Assembly (NCBI GenBank): GCA_010093995.1
Contig: ML992501.1
Span: forward strand, 2,111,320 to 2,175,319
Length of the DNA stretch: 64,000 nucleotides
Source: Elsinoe ampelina
Taxonomy: Eukaryota
Direction: 5' to 3'
A model generated the notes under the pieces. It was not told the origin of the DNA. It was given only the letters and a program-made list of their open reading frames with translations, and made no database searches. Numbering within the stretch: the stretch's first letter is position 1; each line of letters starts with the position of its first letter. The position numbers were made by a program, and so were the translations under genes. Shown piece after piece: positions 49,289 to 62,115 of the stretch.

Positions 49289-50493
49289 ATGGCGTCGTCT
49301 GGCTTGACGCGCAGGAGAGGTGCCGGAGGTGGTGGAGGTGTACCGACAGGCGACGATGAATCTGGGCGCGTGACACCGGTAGCTCAAAAGAGACCAGACA
49401 GCAGAGGTCCGCCGGAGACATCATACGAGAGTGGAGAGAATGGGCACAAGATCGCCTTCGACCCGAGGGACATCAGTGAGAGCGCGGAGAGAAATAAACA
49501 GCCGAAGCTCACGCTCATGGAGGAAATACTGCTCATGGGTTTGAAGGATAAACAGGTTGGTCGGGGAAGATATCATCGAGCTCTGGTCTGACAATTGACA
49601 CAGGGATATCTCTCTTTCTGGAACGACAACATCTCATACGCCCTCCGAGGATGTATAGTAATCGAATTGGCCTTTCGCGGACGGATAAGCATGCAGAAAG
49701 ACTCGTCGAGACGGCGGTTCCCCCTTTCAGATCGGGTGATTGAGGTGATTGATGATACATTGACTGGTGAGGTATTACTGGATGAGGCTCTCAAGATGAT
49801 GAAGTCGAGTGAGAAGATGAGTGTTGCGTCATGGATCGATCTTATGAGCGGTATGTGGACATGGAGTCAGCTCATTCTAGGATGGACTGACAAAGGCCAG
49901 GCGAGACATGGAACCTCATGAAGATCGGCTATCAGCTCAAGCAAGTACGAGAGAGGCTGGCCAAGGGCCTCGTGGACAAGGGTATTCTCAGGACGGAGAA
50001 GCGCAATTTCCTGCTGTTCGACATGGCGACACATCCTGTTGCAGATGGCGGAGCCAAGGACGAGATCAAGAAGCGAGTACGAAACTTGCTCACCAATCGG
50101 ACTGTTGTCTTGCCACCGAGTCAATTCCTCCCTGAAGACATGGAGTTCCGCTACCTCAGGACCATTAGCATGGTCTGCGCTTCATACGCTGCAAACGTGT
50201 TGGAGAACGCGCTCACAACCTTGAGCCATGAGTCCAGAGAGCGGGCTTTTGCTCAGGTGGATGAGTTACTCGCAGAGTACTCGCAGTGGCCATTTGCTCG
50301 CCGACCAGGAGGCCAAAGTGCCATTGGTGCTAATTTGGGCACTGTCATCAACGAAGAGATCAACAACGCGAAGGATAAGGAGCTGCAGCTCGAGGTAATG
50401 TATCCGTACACTTTCATAATGCCAATCGCTGACATGAGCAAGGTTGTTGCGGCGTGTCTGAATGTGTTCACCAGGCTTGATTCTCTTCTTTGA
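49289..50493 (+). CDS. VPS74: Golgi phosphoprotein 3 / Vps74
   Basis: Exons 49289-49555, 49604-49850, 49901-50394, 50443-50493. [69 protein letters not shown]. Confidence 0.95.
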
Positions 50494-51523
50494 TCCAGCA
50501 GCAAACAGTGGCAGACACGGGTACCCGATTGCTTTGTGCTTCGGGGTGACGAGATTCTCAATGATGAAGACAGAGGCACATCCAATACCCTGCAGGTGCT
50601 AGGCGCAAAGCGAAGCTTCATTTATTATCATTTTCTCCAAGAGCATGCAAGTAGTAGATCAATCAGTATGCCCAATCGAGGGAGCTAGCCTGAGTATAAT
50701 ACTCTGCCAGCTGTGATGCGGCTCCGGATCACGTGAGCAAATTGAGCGTTTAGGCATGGCTGGATGGACGGACTCAAAGGGCAGCAGGGTGTCATGAAGA
50801 CGATAATCATGGGCCTCAGTAGTAGAGCTTTCTGCACAATCGACAATCCAAATAGCCTTGATTGATCTCCAGTGCCGCCCGTCGTTCGTCTCGGGTCACT
50901 CAACCTTCACAGCCAATTGCCAGACCTGTTCCCCTTGCAGACACACGCGCCACGATAGTACCTTGACGAGTGTATTTTTTTTCCCACGTCTATCGGATCC
51001 GCTTCACGTGCCGGGGCGCAAGCTCGCAATTCTTTCTCGGGTGTGGTGCGGCTCCGGCTTGAAGAAGTCGCCCACCCTCAGCAGAACTCCAGCCTTCAGC
51101 CTTTAGCCCTGGCCTGCCGCGGCAATCGTTGGCATCATCCACTGCATCAGGAACGCGCTTTTCTCCGGCCCTCTTTGTCATCTGGCATTTATTGATTCGA
51201 GGTACGTCTTTTGTTTGATACACAGTCGTTGCCATGGACCCCTCTCGCCCTCCTCGTTTCCTCCCCTACATGCGCCGACGTCTTTTCCCATCCACGAGCA
51301 ACCATGAATGCGCGACTTCACTGCGCGCGGCCTAGCTCGCGATCGAGCATCGAGGACCACTTAGCTTTACCCGAGCTTCTTCCTAACGGCTGATCAAATC
51401 AACAGATCTTTAGACACATCTTCTATACCCCCCGTAGAGCTGGATTCGATGTCGACAAAGCGCGCCTGCCATTGATCACCACCTATTCATCCTCGACGAG
51501 AAACGTGACCGACTCGCCATATC

Positions 51524-54063
51524 ATGACCTCGCCCTCTGCTCACCAAGCCGCATACTTCAATGGTTCATCTTTCAATCTATCTCAACCACCTCCACACCG
51601 AAGACCGCCTTCTGCATCTGGCTCAGCACCTGGTCAACGCCAACCAAGCGCGTCGCAAAGCCCTTCGATGAGTCTGCAAAACTTTGCCGACCCAGCTGAA
51701 GCCATCCGTCAAGGGAAGCAAAGAGCAAGAGAGCAAATGGCAGCACAAGGGTTCGAGGCGCGACCCGGCTCATCAGGGCGGAATGTCTTGACCGACGCCG
51801 GGCAGGCCAATGGCACGGTCATGACGAAGAAGAGGTCGCGTTCAGGGTCAATAATACAGCATCCGCAGAGTACAGCCACTACCAGCAAGAACATACCCAT
51901 TGACGATGACCATTCAAGAGCACTGCTATTCGAATACAGACAGAAAGATGCGCTGGCCATTGACGCAATCCACTGGCAGTCTCAGGATATCTCGCGCTTC
52001 TGCGGTGAGAAAGCTGACCAAGCCAGGCACTACCGCCACGAGTTGGACAGGACCAAAGACCGTCTGCGAGGACGAGCGATCATGGACATTACTGGCGACA
52101 TCAAACCGCAAGTAATATATCCCGCAATGAAGAAGAGACCGCACAACCGCACTACAGATGAGCTTCGGATATCAAGAAAGTCGGCGCGAACCCAGGCCGA
52201 AACTGCAGAAGAGCTTGTTCCACTTCGCCTCGAGATTGAGCTTGAAAAGTTACGATTGCGCGACACGTTCACCTGGAACCTTCACGATCGGACTGTGCAG
52301 CTCAAGCTCTTCGCAGACACCCTTGTGGAGGACTTGCTAATACCTTCGGAAAGCCGAGCAACCATCTCCCATCAGGTCCAGCGTGAACTCAAAGAGCAAT
52401 TGGAGAACTTCTATCCACCGGTATATCCCATTGGCGACACCACAGAGAATGCTCTACCATACTGGGCACACAAGAATGACGACATGCGTATAAACGTTAA
52501 GCTTAATATCACTGTAGGGCATATCACGCTCGTTGACCAATTCGAGTGGGACATCAACAACCCGGACAACAATCCCGAGGAGTTTGCGCAACAGATGGCC
52601 CGCGACCTGTCCCTTTCCGGCGAGTTCACTACCGCAATCGCTCACTCGATACGTGAGCAATCTCAACTGTACATCAAATCTCTGTACTTATCCAACTACG
52701 AATTCGACGGGCGACTAATCGAAGACCCCGACATTCGCGACAATCTTCTTTCAAGCCCAATGCACTCGGTGTTTCGCCCACACCAGATGCAAAAAGACTT
52801 TGCGCCCTTCTTGTATGAGCTCTCCGAGCATGACCTGGAGAAGACCGAGTTGTCGCTCCTTCGTGAGCAGCGTGCCCAGAAGCGACAACTCAATCGTCGC
52901 GGAGGTCCAGCTCTACCTGATCTTAAGGAACGACAACGCACAGCGCGCTCACTCGTCGTGTCCAGTGTCATACCAGGAGCTGCCGATGCGATCGAAAGCA
53001 GTGGCATTCTCAAGATTCGGAAACAGAGTAATCGTGGTCGCAGAAAGGTCTTGGATGATGGTACGGACGACTCGGACTTGGAGATGGAGGAGTCGGAACC
53101 CGAAAGCGCGGCTCCGAGTGCGATCAATATTGGCACGACGGCACGAACAAGAGGAATGCGCGGAGCTGCAAGTGCAGCACAAGTGGCCCTGAGCAGGAGC
53201 TACGGCAGGAGCGCGACTCCTGATCTCCTCGAAGAGCGTCCCAGCAAGCCGTCAAGGAGAAGCGGGGTCGGTCTTGCAGGAGAAAGAGAAGGAACAGAAG
53301 AGCCTGCAACTCTCGTTGTCAAGCTCAAACTCAACAAAGACAAGTTCAAGGCATATTTGGCTAAGAAACGAATCGGCCAGAAACCACTCAGCGGCTTCCC
53401 TACTTCTCTGGCGGCAGTCCAAGCCGCTCAAGCAGCGGCAGGTGCCTCAACTCCTGCATCCAAGAAGGAAGACCCGAAGAAGGAGCCTACTACCCCCAAG
53501 CCCAAGCCGGGTCAGCTCCCTGAAGATCCCGACACACCCCGCAGCGAAGGCGAGATCAGCGAAGAGGGAGAAGGTCGCTACGACGACGCCGGCCGCGTCT
53601 TCGTCGACTTTACTCCCCGCGACGGCGAGAACCCTGTACGTCAATCCACTTCCTACTACCCTCCCCTCCCTCTAGAGCCTATCTAACATTTCCTTCGCAG
53701 CCCCCTCCCCCACCCTGGCTCACAACCGCCCTCTCCAACCTCGCCAAACGCCACCCCAACTCCTCCTTCGGCCCTCTCATGCGCTTCTCCACCGTCAACG
53801 CGGCGACTCTCGATCCGATCCGCTTCGACACCACCTCCTTACCGGGCGGCAGTCCCGCGCCTTCAGGACCAGTCAAAGATCCAGACGGAAGGGTGTTGGC
53901 CGAAAAGGCCAGGTTCGCGTACCTGCCGCGTATCAGGTGCAATGATTGTCCCGGGAAACTGTACACCGCGCAGAGGGAGAAGACGGAGGAAGGGTTCGAG
54001 GTGCACTTGAGGATCAAGAAGCACCGGGAGAATGTGGAGAGGAGGTTAGAGGAGGGGAGGTAG
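51524..54063 (+). CDS. SNF5: SWI/SNF chromatin remodelling subunit Snf5
   Basis: Exons 51524-53635 and 53701-54063. Repeats LVPLRLEIE..LRDTFTWN and LVDQFEWDI..PEEFA..LSLSGEFTTAIAHSIREQ, C-terminal RCNDCPGKLY..FEVHL..H. Confidence 0.92.
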
Positions 54064-54359
54064 GAGGCGGGGATGGGCGGGTAGGCGTCGTGGATACCGG
54101 GGGGTTGGCGGAGGGACTCGATCGGGAGTATGTGTGGGGATGATCGGGCTCGAGCCGGCGTCAAGCAGACAGCTTCGGCAGTCGTCCAGCGGGGCCTTGT
54201 CTGTGTTCCAACGTCGACGATGCGAACGGGCGTCCCGCGTGCACCGCTTGTCTATCGGCCATCTCGATATCCTCCTTTCGAGGAGCACAATCACACTCTC
54301 CCCGCGCTCTCTCGATTCCACCTCTGGGAATGATCACTCCGAGGGCCGCAGGCGGGATG

Positions 54360-54404
54360 GGGACTGTGAGGCTGGGACTGTGAGGCTGGGACTGTGAGGC
54401 TGGG
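54360..54404 (+). repeat. Minisatellite, 14-bp unit GGGACTGTGAGGCT x3
   Basis: Three perfect tandem copies plus a partial GGG. Confidence 0.9.
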
Positions 54405-55263
54405 TTCATGGATCGCGGTGGAAAGACCTCGGGAGAACGAGCAGAGTCGCGAAGGGGACAATGTAGACCGGGAAGAGTGATGGGATATGTGCCACTAGTC
54501 GAGACATGTACATGATGAGAATGGAATGGTTTGGGATGTATACCTCTCGTTGCTCGGGAGGGTGTCGGTCCGTGCTGCACGTCGGTGCCGGTCTGCTCGT
54601 GGCCGCGTGAATCCAGGTGTTACCGGATCGTGACTTGCCATGTTCACGGGATGGTAACGCCAGTCTTTTGAGTCGTGGAGGGAGCGGCGCTTGACTGTCG
54701 ACTTATGGTGGCGGAAGTGGTAGTGATAGCTTGTGGCTAGCAAGACGGAACAATCACGACGTGTCAGGAGATGCACTGCAGTACAGGGGAATCATTCCAT
54801 TCTCGACCCTTCCCACCATCAATCAACATCTATGTACCACTTCGTCAATGGCCACCTCGCTCTTCTCCTCCTCAAGCCAGCCGGCCAATCAATGCTGGCA
54901 ATTCCTTCGACCGTCGCCGATCGCCAGCCGTCGGCGGCCAACATCCATCTCTATGCGGGGACGTCCTTTCTCGTCGTCCTGATAAAGGAAATAGAAAGCT
55001 CGAGGGGTATCCTCCTAGTTGTATCGATGAAGGAAAAGGGCCAGTGGTAGATCCAGATATGAAAGTGTGTTGCGAGTTTGGATAAGGTGGGTGAATCGTG
55101 GCCGCATGAGCATTCGGGCTGGGCAGCAGTGCGGCTGGGATTGCTCGCTCCATGGAGCCTTGTGTCTGTGGGCCGACCAGAAGGGATCCAGGCGCGGTAG
55201 GCCCGTACAAGGCACCGGATGTAGTGATCGGTCGGGTGTGGTGAGCTGATGTCAGATTTTGAA

Positions 55264-58200
55264 TCATTCGTTACCACTAGCGGCAAGGGCCGACTCCAGT
55301 CTGCGCTTGATCAGCTCCTGGAGAGCTTCGAGCTCTTTGCGCTGCTTGTCACTCAATGAAGCAGTGACGCCGCTCTTGTCGCTGGGTGGAGGACTGGCAA
55401 GGCCGTTGGTGAGATTGCTCTCGTCTTCATCGCCAGCGATCTGGTCGATGACTTCCTTCGGAGCTTCTGCGGTGAGGGTATAAATCAGATTCTCGACATG
55501 TTCCGGGGCGATGGAAATATCTTTCTGTTGGGAGGCGAACTGAACGAGCTCGAGTGCGGCTTGTCGTTCTGCCACGGCACGACTATTGAGCTCAGCTCGA
55601 AGGAAGCTGGAGTTGATACGTGTTCGTTTCGCTGGCGGCAAGTTTGCTTCTGAGTCTTCGAGGGTGCGCACGCTGGGATGATTAGTACGAAAGATCTCAC
55701 AATCAAGCATAGGTACACACCGTTGGACCTTGTCGATAAAGTCAAGCTTGATGCCTTTGGAAGGCACGCGGATGACGGTTCCAGACGCAGTCTCGTCCTC
55801 GTCGAATTCGGTATCTTCGGCTGACGAGGTATCGTCAATAATCTCAATCTGTCCGTTGTTGACGAAGCCACGACGGAGAGAGGTGTCGACAATCCTCGCA
55901 TTCTTGGGACGACGGATGTGGAGTTTGCGACGGCGAGCGAGACGAATAGGGTCGATAGCAGAAAGGTCATGTTCGACATGCAGAGGGCACATCCATTCTC
56001 GGGCCTTGCGATTGTACTGGTCGCGGAAAGGCGGGTTGGCCAGTGGCGGATTGGTGCAATCAAGATGCCAATGGTTACCGCAGATGTCGCAAGTAATGAT
56101 TTCGCGTTTACCAGCAGCAGATCGACCGCAATGATAACAGAGGATGTTGTTTCCTTTGTTGTCTTTGATCTTTAATGTCTCAAATGGCTCGTCGTAGCCA
56201 GCCCGTGTGTTTCTGCAGAATTCGTCAGCCCAGAGCGCCACTTGGCAAAGAGGAGCCGCGCTCACCTAGCCCTCTGGGCAGACAGGTCCTCAAACTTGCC
56301 ATCCTTGCCAGCGCCAATACCGGTGAAATAAGTCTGCAAAGATGGAGGAAGGGTGAAGATTGATGGATTGCGTTTCTCAAGACCACTGAGCAGGCCGGCA
56401 AAAAGGCCACGAGCCTGACGGGCCGGTGGGTTCTTTTTGGCTACGCAGGTGTGGCAATACCACGGCTCGTCGAGAGCTGAGGAGTTGACATCGAGAGGAG
56501 GATCGACACAGCTGAAGTGGAAGGCTCGATCGCAACCATCACAGCAGAGCAAGTATCCAGTGCCGCCACATGCGTTGCAGTAGTCGCTGTTATCAGACTT
56601 GTCATCAATTGTCAGTGGCGGCGTCAAACGGGGGGTAATCATGTGAATGGAGGACAGTGGTGAAAGACAGAGACATTAAAAAGAAGAAAATGCTAAGGAA
56701 TGATTCGAGTTGTGGTGATGTTGGGAAAATTAAGAAAGAGAAAGCGTTCGTGTGTTGCAAGGTCAGGAGATTGGGATCGAGTTCGCTTGGCGGGAACTCG
56801 CGGGCTCGGGCTGTTTCCGGACGTACCTCTTCATCGTCATCGTATGGCCCAAGGCTTGCGCCTCGCAATCCTCTCTCGTCCGGTGCTGCATGCTGCTTCT
56901 TTTCGGGACTGCGTTTTGATCTCGTCAGCATATTGTATCGTCGTAATGTTGGAAAGTGTATGTTGTGATCAAGGAAGAGCAGCATGTGAGGACTTGAAAT
57001 CAAGTGTCTAAACCCAACCTTGACAATACCACATTGTGGTGTATTGTCATTTGAAAGTCGATTGCCATGTATAAGACTGAAGGAAAGCTGGCGGCAATGA
57101 GATAGAGTTTACTTACGATTGTTTCGTCTTCGCCTTCTTTTTGTTGCGGTTTGCTGTAGCATCCGTGGGCGGGTCGATAACAGGAAGAGGAGACATTGAC
57201 ATGTCTGACAATGGGGAGTCAGATGGCTCTCGTCCTCCTCGCTTTTGTCTTGTATTCGGTGTACCATTGGTCAGCTTGAGCGTTGGCTTGTAGTTGACGG
57301 ATTCTCGATTCCTCATCGACCTCGGCGCTTCAGTGCTCTCACGCATGTGGCTCTCTTCGATGGTGTTCCTGGGAGGATCCTTGTATAGCGTCTCATGCAG
57401 CCTTCGGCGTTTGGTATGTTCAATCTCATCAAATGCTGGTTGATCGAAGCCAGCGTCGAGCGGCGTTCTCTTGAGGGCTCGCACATCTTGACCTGCGTGC
57501 AGGCCGTCGTCGCTCTTGTTCGCTGTCATGCCATTTGGAAAGCCAACCGTTCCAGTTTCGCGTTGCTGAGCGGGTACAGGCGTGTTCTCAGCGGTGTGAA
57601 GAGAACCCCCTGACATCAGATCGCTCAGCTCAGAATTCTGATCATTGTGGTGGGAAGCCTTCGTCGTGGTGGCTGCCTTCACAAGCTCATTCTCGTGAGG
57701 CGGATCCATCATCTCAATGTCCGCCGGAACATCCGAAAGAGGGGCAGAAAGTGATTTCTCGCGACTTCGCGTCTGCCGCAATGAACGAGCAGGATCTTCC
57801 ACAGTACTGTCGGCTGCGGCTTGTCGACCTTTGAAGTTCAATCTGATGGAAGGCTTTCCATTCTCGATGCTAGGTCTGGCTGTCTGCGCGGTACGCGACT
57901 TTGAGGTCGGCGTATTCTCGATGATCGATGACTCGATCTCGCTCGGAGCTTTTGGGGGTAATGAACGACGCAAAGTTCTTTTTGCCTTCTTAATGGCAGT
58001 GGTGAAGTCGGACTTGTCCTCCTCGGTGGCCGTTTGAAGAAGAATCGAACGAAGAAGATGTGTGTAATGATCATTAGTTCGTGATTCGGAGTAGACCTGG
58101 CGAAGTGCGGCACCAAACGCCTCACTACCAAGCGCTCTGGCTCGCTTTTCTGCCGAATCAACCACGAGATCGAAGTTGACCTGCTCCATCTCCTGAGGGG

Positions 58201-58774
58201 ACATGTCTGGCACCCTAGACTCCCGCGCGAGTGCAGATGGTGTAGGTGCTTTCGCAGTGACAGAAGTAGGGGCCGGGACGGAAGGGGAAGCTGCTTTGAT
58301 GGGGTCGCTAATGCCCGAGCTTCCGCGCGTGCGCCTGGACACCTTGACAGACTTCCTGCCGATGTGAGGCATGTAGTCATCATCGGCCTCATCCTCCATG
58401 GTCGGTATTGGCACAAGCGCGGGCTCCTCCTGAGGGACCACAGAAGTTGATCGTGGTGTCTCCACCGGCGGTGTGCCTTCCGGAGTGATGTTGTACTCCT
58501 GCAGGTTTCCCACACTCTTGCCCAAACTTTTCCTGAGAGGTTCTGCCTTGACGCGAGTCTTCACTTTGGCACTTGGTCTCTGGCCCAGGGGCTGCATGTC
58601 TTCCAGCACTCCGAACGGCAAGCCGCCATGTTCCTCAAAGCTCGCCTGTGCATCTTTGATGGAAGGCTCACTCCATTCCGATGGAGACTCTCTGGCTATC
58701 GGGGCCCCGTTTCGTACTTGAGGGCTCGAAAGGCGAGATGATCGTGGTTTGCCCTTGCCAACAGCGGATGGCAT
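55264..58774 (-). CDS. RCO1: Double PHD-finger protein, Rco1/Cph1-like (Rpd3S HDAC complex subunit)
   Basis: Exons 58774-57117, 56908-56827, 56597-56266, 56212-55721, 55672-55264. PHD1 NSDYCNACGGTGYLLCCDGCDRAFHFSCVDPP..WYCHTC, PHD2 CYHC..CDIC..WHLDCTNPP..WMCPLH, IKLDFIDKV. Confidence 0.82.
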
Positions 58775-59363
58775 GCTGGACGGCGCCGCAGTGGTCGTCT
58801 GAGAGGGGTCAGCTGTTTGCTCTACTGCTGATATCTCGAATAATCAGCTTGTCAGCTTCGACTCACTGGTACCCTTTCGAGACCGGGATCACGTCGGTGC
58901 GCGTTGATCGCGTGAGGGGTGGGAAATGGCAAAGTCGTGATGGGAGTCGTTTATGTGAGACGCCAGGCTTCGGACTTTGCAGGCCCCTTCCGCAACAACC
59001 AGCGGCAAGGAATATCAAATTACTGAGTGGCAACTTGTCATTGTTCAGTAAAATGAGCCTGCTGGAATCCTTGATGTAGTCTTGATAGATCGGTCACCAA
59101 TGATCAATGAGGCAAAGAGGGTTTGTCCGACAGATCGGAGATCGATAGCGCTTTGCCATGTGCGACCTTGCCAGAATGTCAGGGGTACAGTCGATACGTG
59201 CTTGAAGTCTTTTTTCTTCCATTCACTAGTCTGTCGGTGCCTTGGGTGACCGATCATATGCATGCTATGCTACTGATGTCCCGTTCACTGCCCTTCCATC
59301 CTGACATGTCTTCGAAATGATCATCTGTGTCCCCTCACAAGCTCATACGTGCTTGGCCACAGC

Positions 59364-60845
59364 TCACTCGTCGTCACTGTCGTCTTCGGACTCCTCAGCT
59401 GCTGCTTCGGCCTTCTTTGCAGGCTTCTTCTTCTTCTTCTTGTTCTTGGGCTTGGTGTTGGATGGTTTGGCAATTGGTTGCTCAAGGATCTTCAGGATCT
59501 CTTCGTCGGTAATTTTCTTCGAAGTCTTGTACTTTGCGGTTTCCAAAGCAGGGGGTGAAGCAAGCTTGGTCACACCATTCTTTGTCACGGCTGGTGAGTG
59601 TTAGCATATCCAGGACTACTAGCTGACAAGTGGCTGCTCCAAGGTTCTTACCAACTGTGGTGAAGAGGCGCGAAACAGGCTCGCCGTCCTTGTCGCCAAT
59701 GACTTCATACTGGCGCACTACACCGCCACGAACGCACTCAACTACACCAACCTTGCCAGCCCGCTCATCCTCAAGCTGGCGCAAGCTGAAAGGGAAAGTC
59801 CCAAACTTCTTGACAATCTCCGACAATGTCGCGCGGGAACTTGGTCGCTTGAGCCCGTACGTAGTCGCAGTGCGGCGGTGAAGAGTAGCACGATCAGGCA
59901 GGTTCTTCACCTTGCCAGATCCAAGACTGAGTCCAACCTCGAGACCCCAGACTTCTCCAACTTCCGGCAGACCATCGCCCTTGACACCGTCACCTGGAGA
60001 GAAGATGATCTTCTTCTTGCTCTCGATGTCGTTCCTGTCGAATAGCCAGGAAGTTGTGTTCTCAACGATGTTGCACTCGTAGGCTTTAGCGACCTTCTCG
60101 AGCAACTGACCGATCTTGGACTGGGTGTAGGGCTTCGCGGCTGTCTGAGCCTTCTTCTTCTCTTCCTCGGTGCCAGTTGCCAGTAGACCAGCAGGAACGA
60201 TCAGGCGGAGGAGGAGCTCATTCGCGTAATATGTGGCCAGGAGGAGGTCGGCTTGACGCTCGGCTGAGGTGCCATTGTGGGCTTCACCGCCCACAATCAC
60301 AGTGTCGCATACAATCGTTCCAAAGCCATCAATCTGAGCACCCAGTTGTACCTTGACTACTTCGCCCGCCTTGAGTGTCCGTTCGGCTTCCTCGCTATCC
60401 GAGACCAGTGGTGTGTATGGGGTAATGTAGGACGAGGGCGACACAGTGGTTGGGTGGCCGAAGCCTTTGGTGATCTTCTTGCCCTTGTATACTTTGCCGA
60501 CCTCCTCTTCAAGCAGCTTGTCACCCCGCTGGCAAATATCGAGAATCTTTGCGCCCTCAGTGCACCATCCTAGCATGTATTAGTGCTTGTTTTGGACCGC
60601 TGGATTGATGCTCGTGCCTGAAACAGTCTCCAGGACCTTCTGGGAGATCTGACCCGCGGTCTTGTATTTGGTGAGACTTGATGGGAGAATTAGTCGAGCG
60701 GTTTTAAGCAAATCTTGCAAGACAATATCATACGTATCCGGGTTGGCGAGGGAGTAGTCTGGTGGAAACATCAGCTCTGCTTTGTGCTATACTCACGGCT
60801 CACGATCCTACCTGTCTCGGCGGCGGCGGCAGACTCTTCTGCCAT
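59364..60845 (-). CDS. PA2G4: PA2G4/Ebp1 (curved DNA-binding protein Cdb4), methionine aminopeptidase fold
   Basis: Exons 60845-60812, 60758-60734, 60676-60618, 60569-59652, 59590-59364, third intron GC-AG. LTKYKTAG, KVQLGAQIDGF, FGTFPFSLRQL, Lys-rich tail. Confidence 0.9.
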
Positions 60846-61227
60846 CTTGACTTTGTCCTGGACCTGCACGTGGGCAGGGTTGAAATATCGAAAGGAAGAT
60901 TGCCCAGCTGGACCGGGATAGAATGGAGAAGGTGCGAAATTCAGTAGCTAAACGTGGGTTGAATTTCGAATGTGACTCGGCGAGAGAGGGGCAACAAACG
61001 CGGGGCTGTCTCTTTTCCGGCCCTATGACCAACACCTCAAACCTCTCTTTCTTCCCAACAATCAGAAGTATGTTTGTAGACGACTTGTTGGTCATCTACT
61101 AGTGGGGACATTCGAGATGATCGGTGCTTCGTATAAGAAGCCGCATGTTTCCAGCTCCTGTCCTGGTTAGCCATCTGGACCTCGTTTGCCACCACAGTGC
61201 AGCACACCTATTTTGATCGATAGCGAG

Positions 61228-62115
61228 ATGCAAATCCTCAGCGCTGGCGTACTGGCCTTGAGGGTGTTGACACACAACATACGGTATGCCGCCGACCCTC
61301 CTTCCACAGGGGAAGCCCCATGGCCGCAGCGCCTACCAGATCTGCTCGCCCAGTTCCGGTACCACACCGAATATGCTCCACAGACATTCATCTGTATGCA
61401 GGAGGTTCTTGACAATCAACTGAACGACGTTCTGGATGGTTTAAATCAAGGTTCCAACACATGGGCCAGCATTGGTCTTGGTCGAGATGATGGAGCGCGA
61501 GCTGGCGAGTACTCCCCGATCTTGTACCAGCCCGCTATCTGGAACCTCAAGGAGTTCAAGTACTACTGGCTGTCCGAAACACCTGACCGACCATCGAAAG
61601 GTTGGGACGCAGGCTCGATCCGTATCGTGACTATTGGCGTTTTTCAGGACAGGCAGACCTCCCGCGACATTGTGGCCATCAACACACATCTTGACAACGC
61701 TGGGACTATCGCTCGCGAGGAAGGGTCTAAACTACTGGTCAACACTGTCAATTCATATGTCCAGGGTACTGCTAATTCTACATATGGCCCTCTACAGGTG
61801 TTCCTGGCAGGTGACATGAACAGCCGGGAGGATCAAGAGGCATATGGCGTCCTCACCGGACCAGCGTCTCCTCTTGCAGACGTGAAGACCATCGTACCAC
61901 CTGATAATATCTACGGCTATAACGAGACGTTCACTGGGTTCACTGGCAGCGGTGAAGGGCGGATTGATTATGTGTTTGCTACGCAGGGCACTGAGGATGA
62001 TTGGGTGGGCCATGGCTACGCGACTCTTCCAAACATCTTCGAGGATGGGAGCGGATTATATTTTAGCGACCACAGAGCAGTCGTGGCAGATATCTCTTTG
62101 CCGGCTAGATCTTGA
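61228..62115 (+). CDS. Endonuclease/exonuclease/phosphatase (DNase I-like) family protein
   Basis: THNIRY, MQEV, GRDDG..GEYSPILY, WLSETP, NTHLD, GDMNS, RIDY, SDH. True start uncertain. Confidence 0.88.
   Translation: MQILSAGVLALRVLTHNIRYAADPPSTGEAPWPQRLPDLLAQFRYHTEYAPQTFICMQEVLDNQLNDVLDGLNQGSNTWASIGLGRDDGARAGEYSPILYQPAIWNLKEFKYYWLSETPDRPSKGWDAGSIRIVTIGVFQDRQTSRDIVAINTHLDNAGTIAREEGSKLLVNTVNSYVQGTANSTYGPLQVFLAGDMNSREDQEAYGVLTGPASPLADVKTIVPPDNIYGYNETFTGFTGSGEGRIDYVFATQGTEDDWVGHGYATLPNIFEDGSGLYFSDHRAVVADISLPARS

Noticed and set aside
54064..55263. Many 80-160 aa ORFs between SNF5 and RCO1
   Set aside because: No domain motifs, codon bias or consistent splice model; treated as UTR/intergenic.
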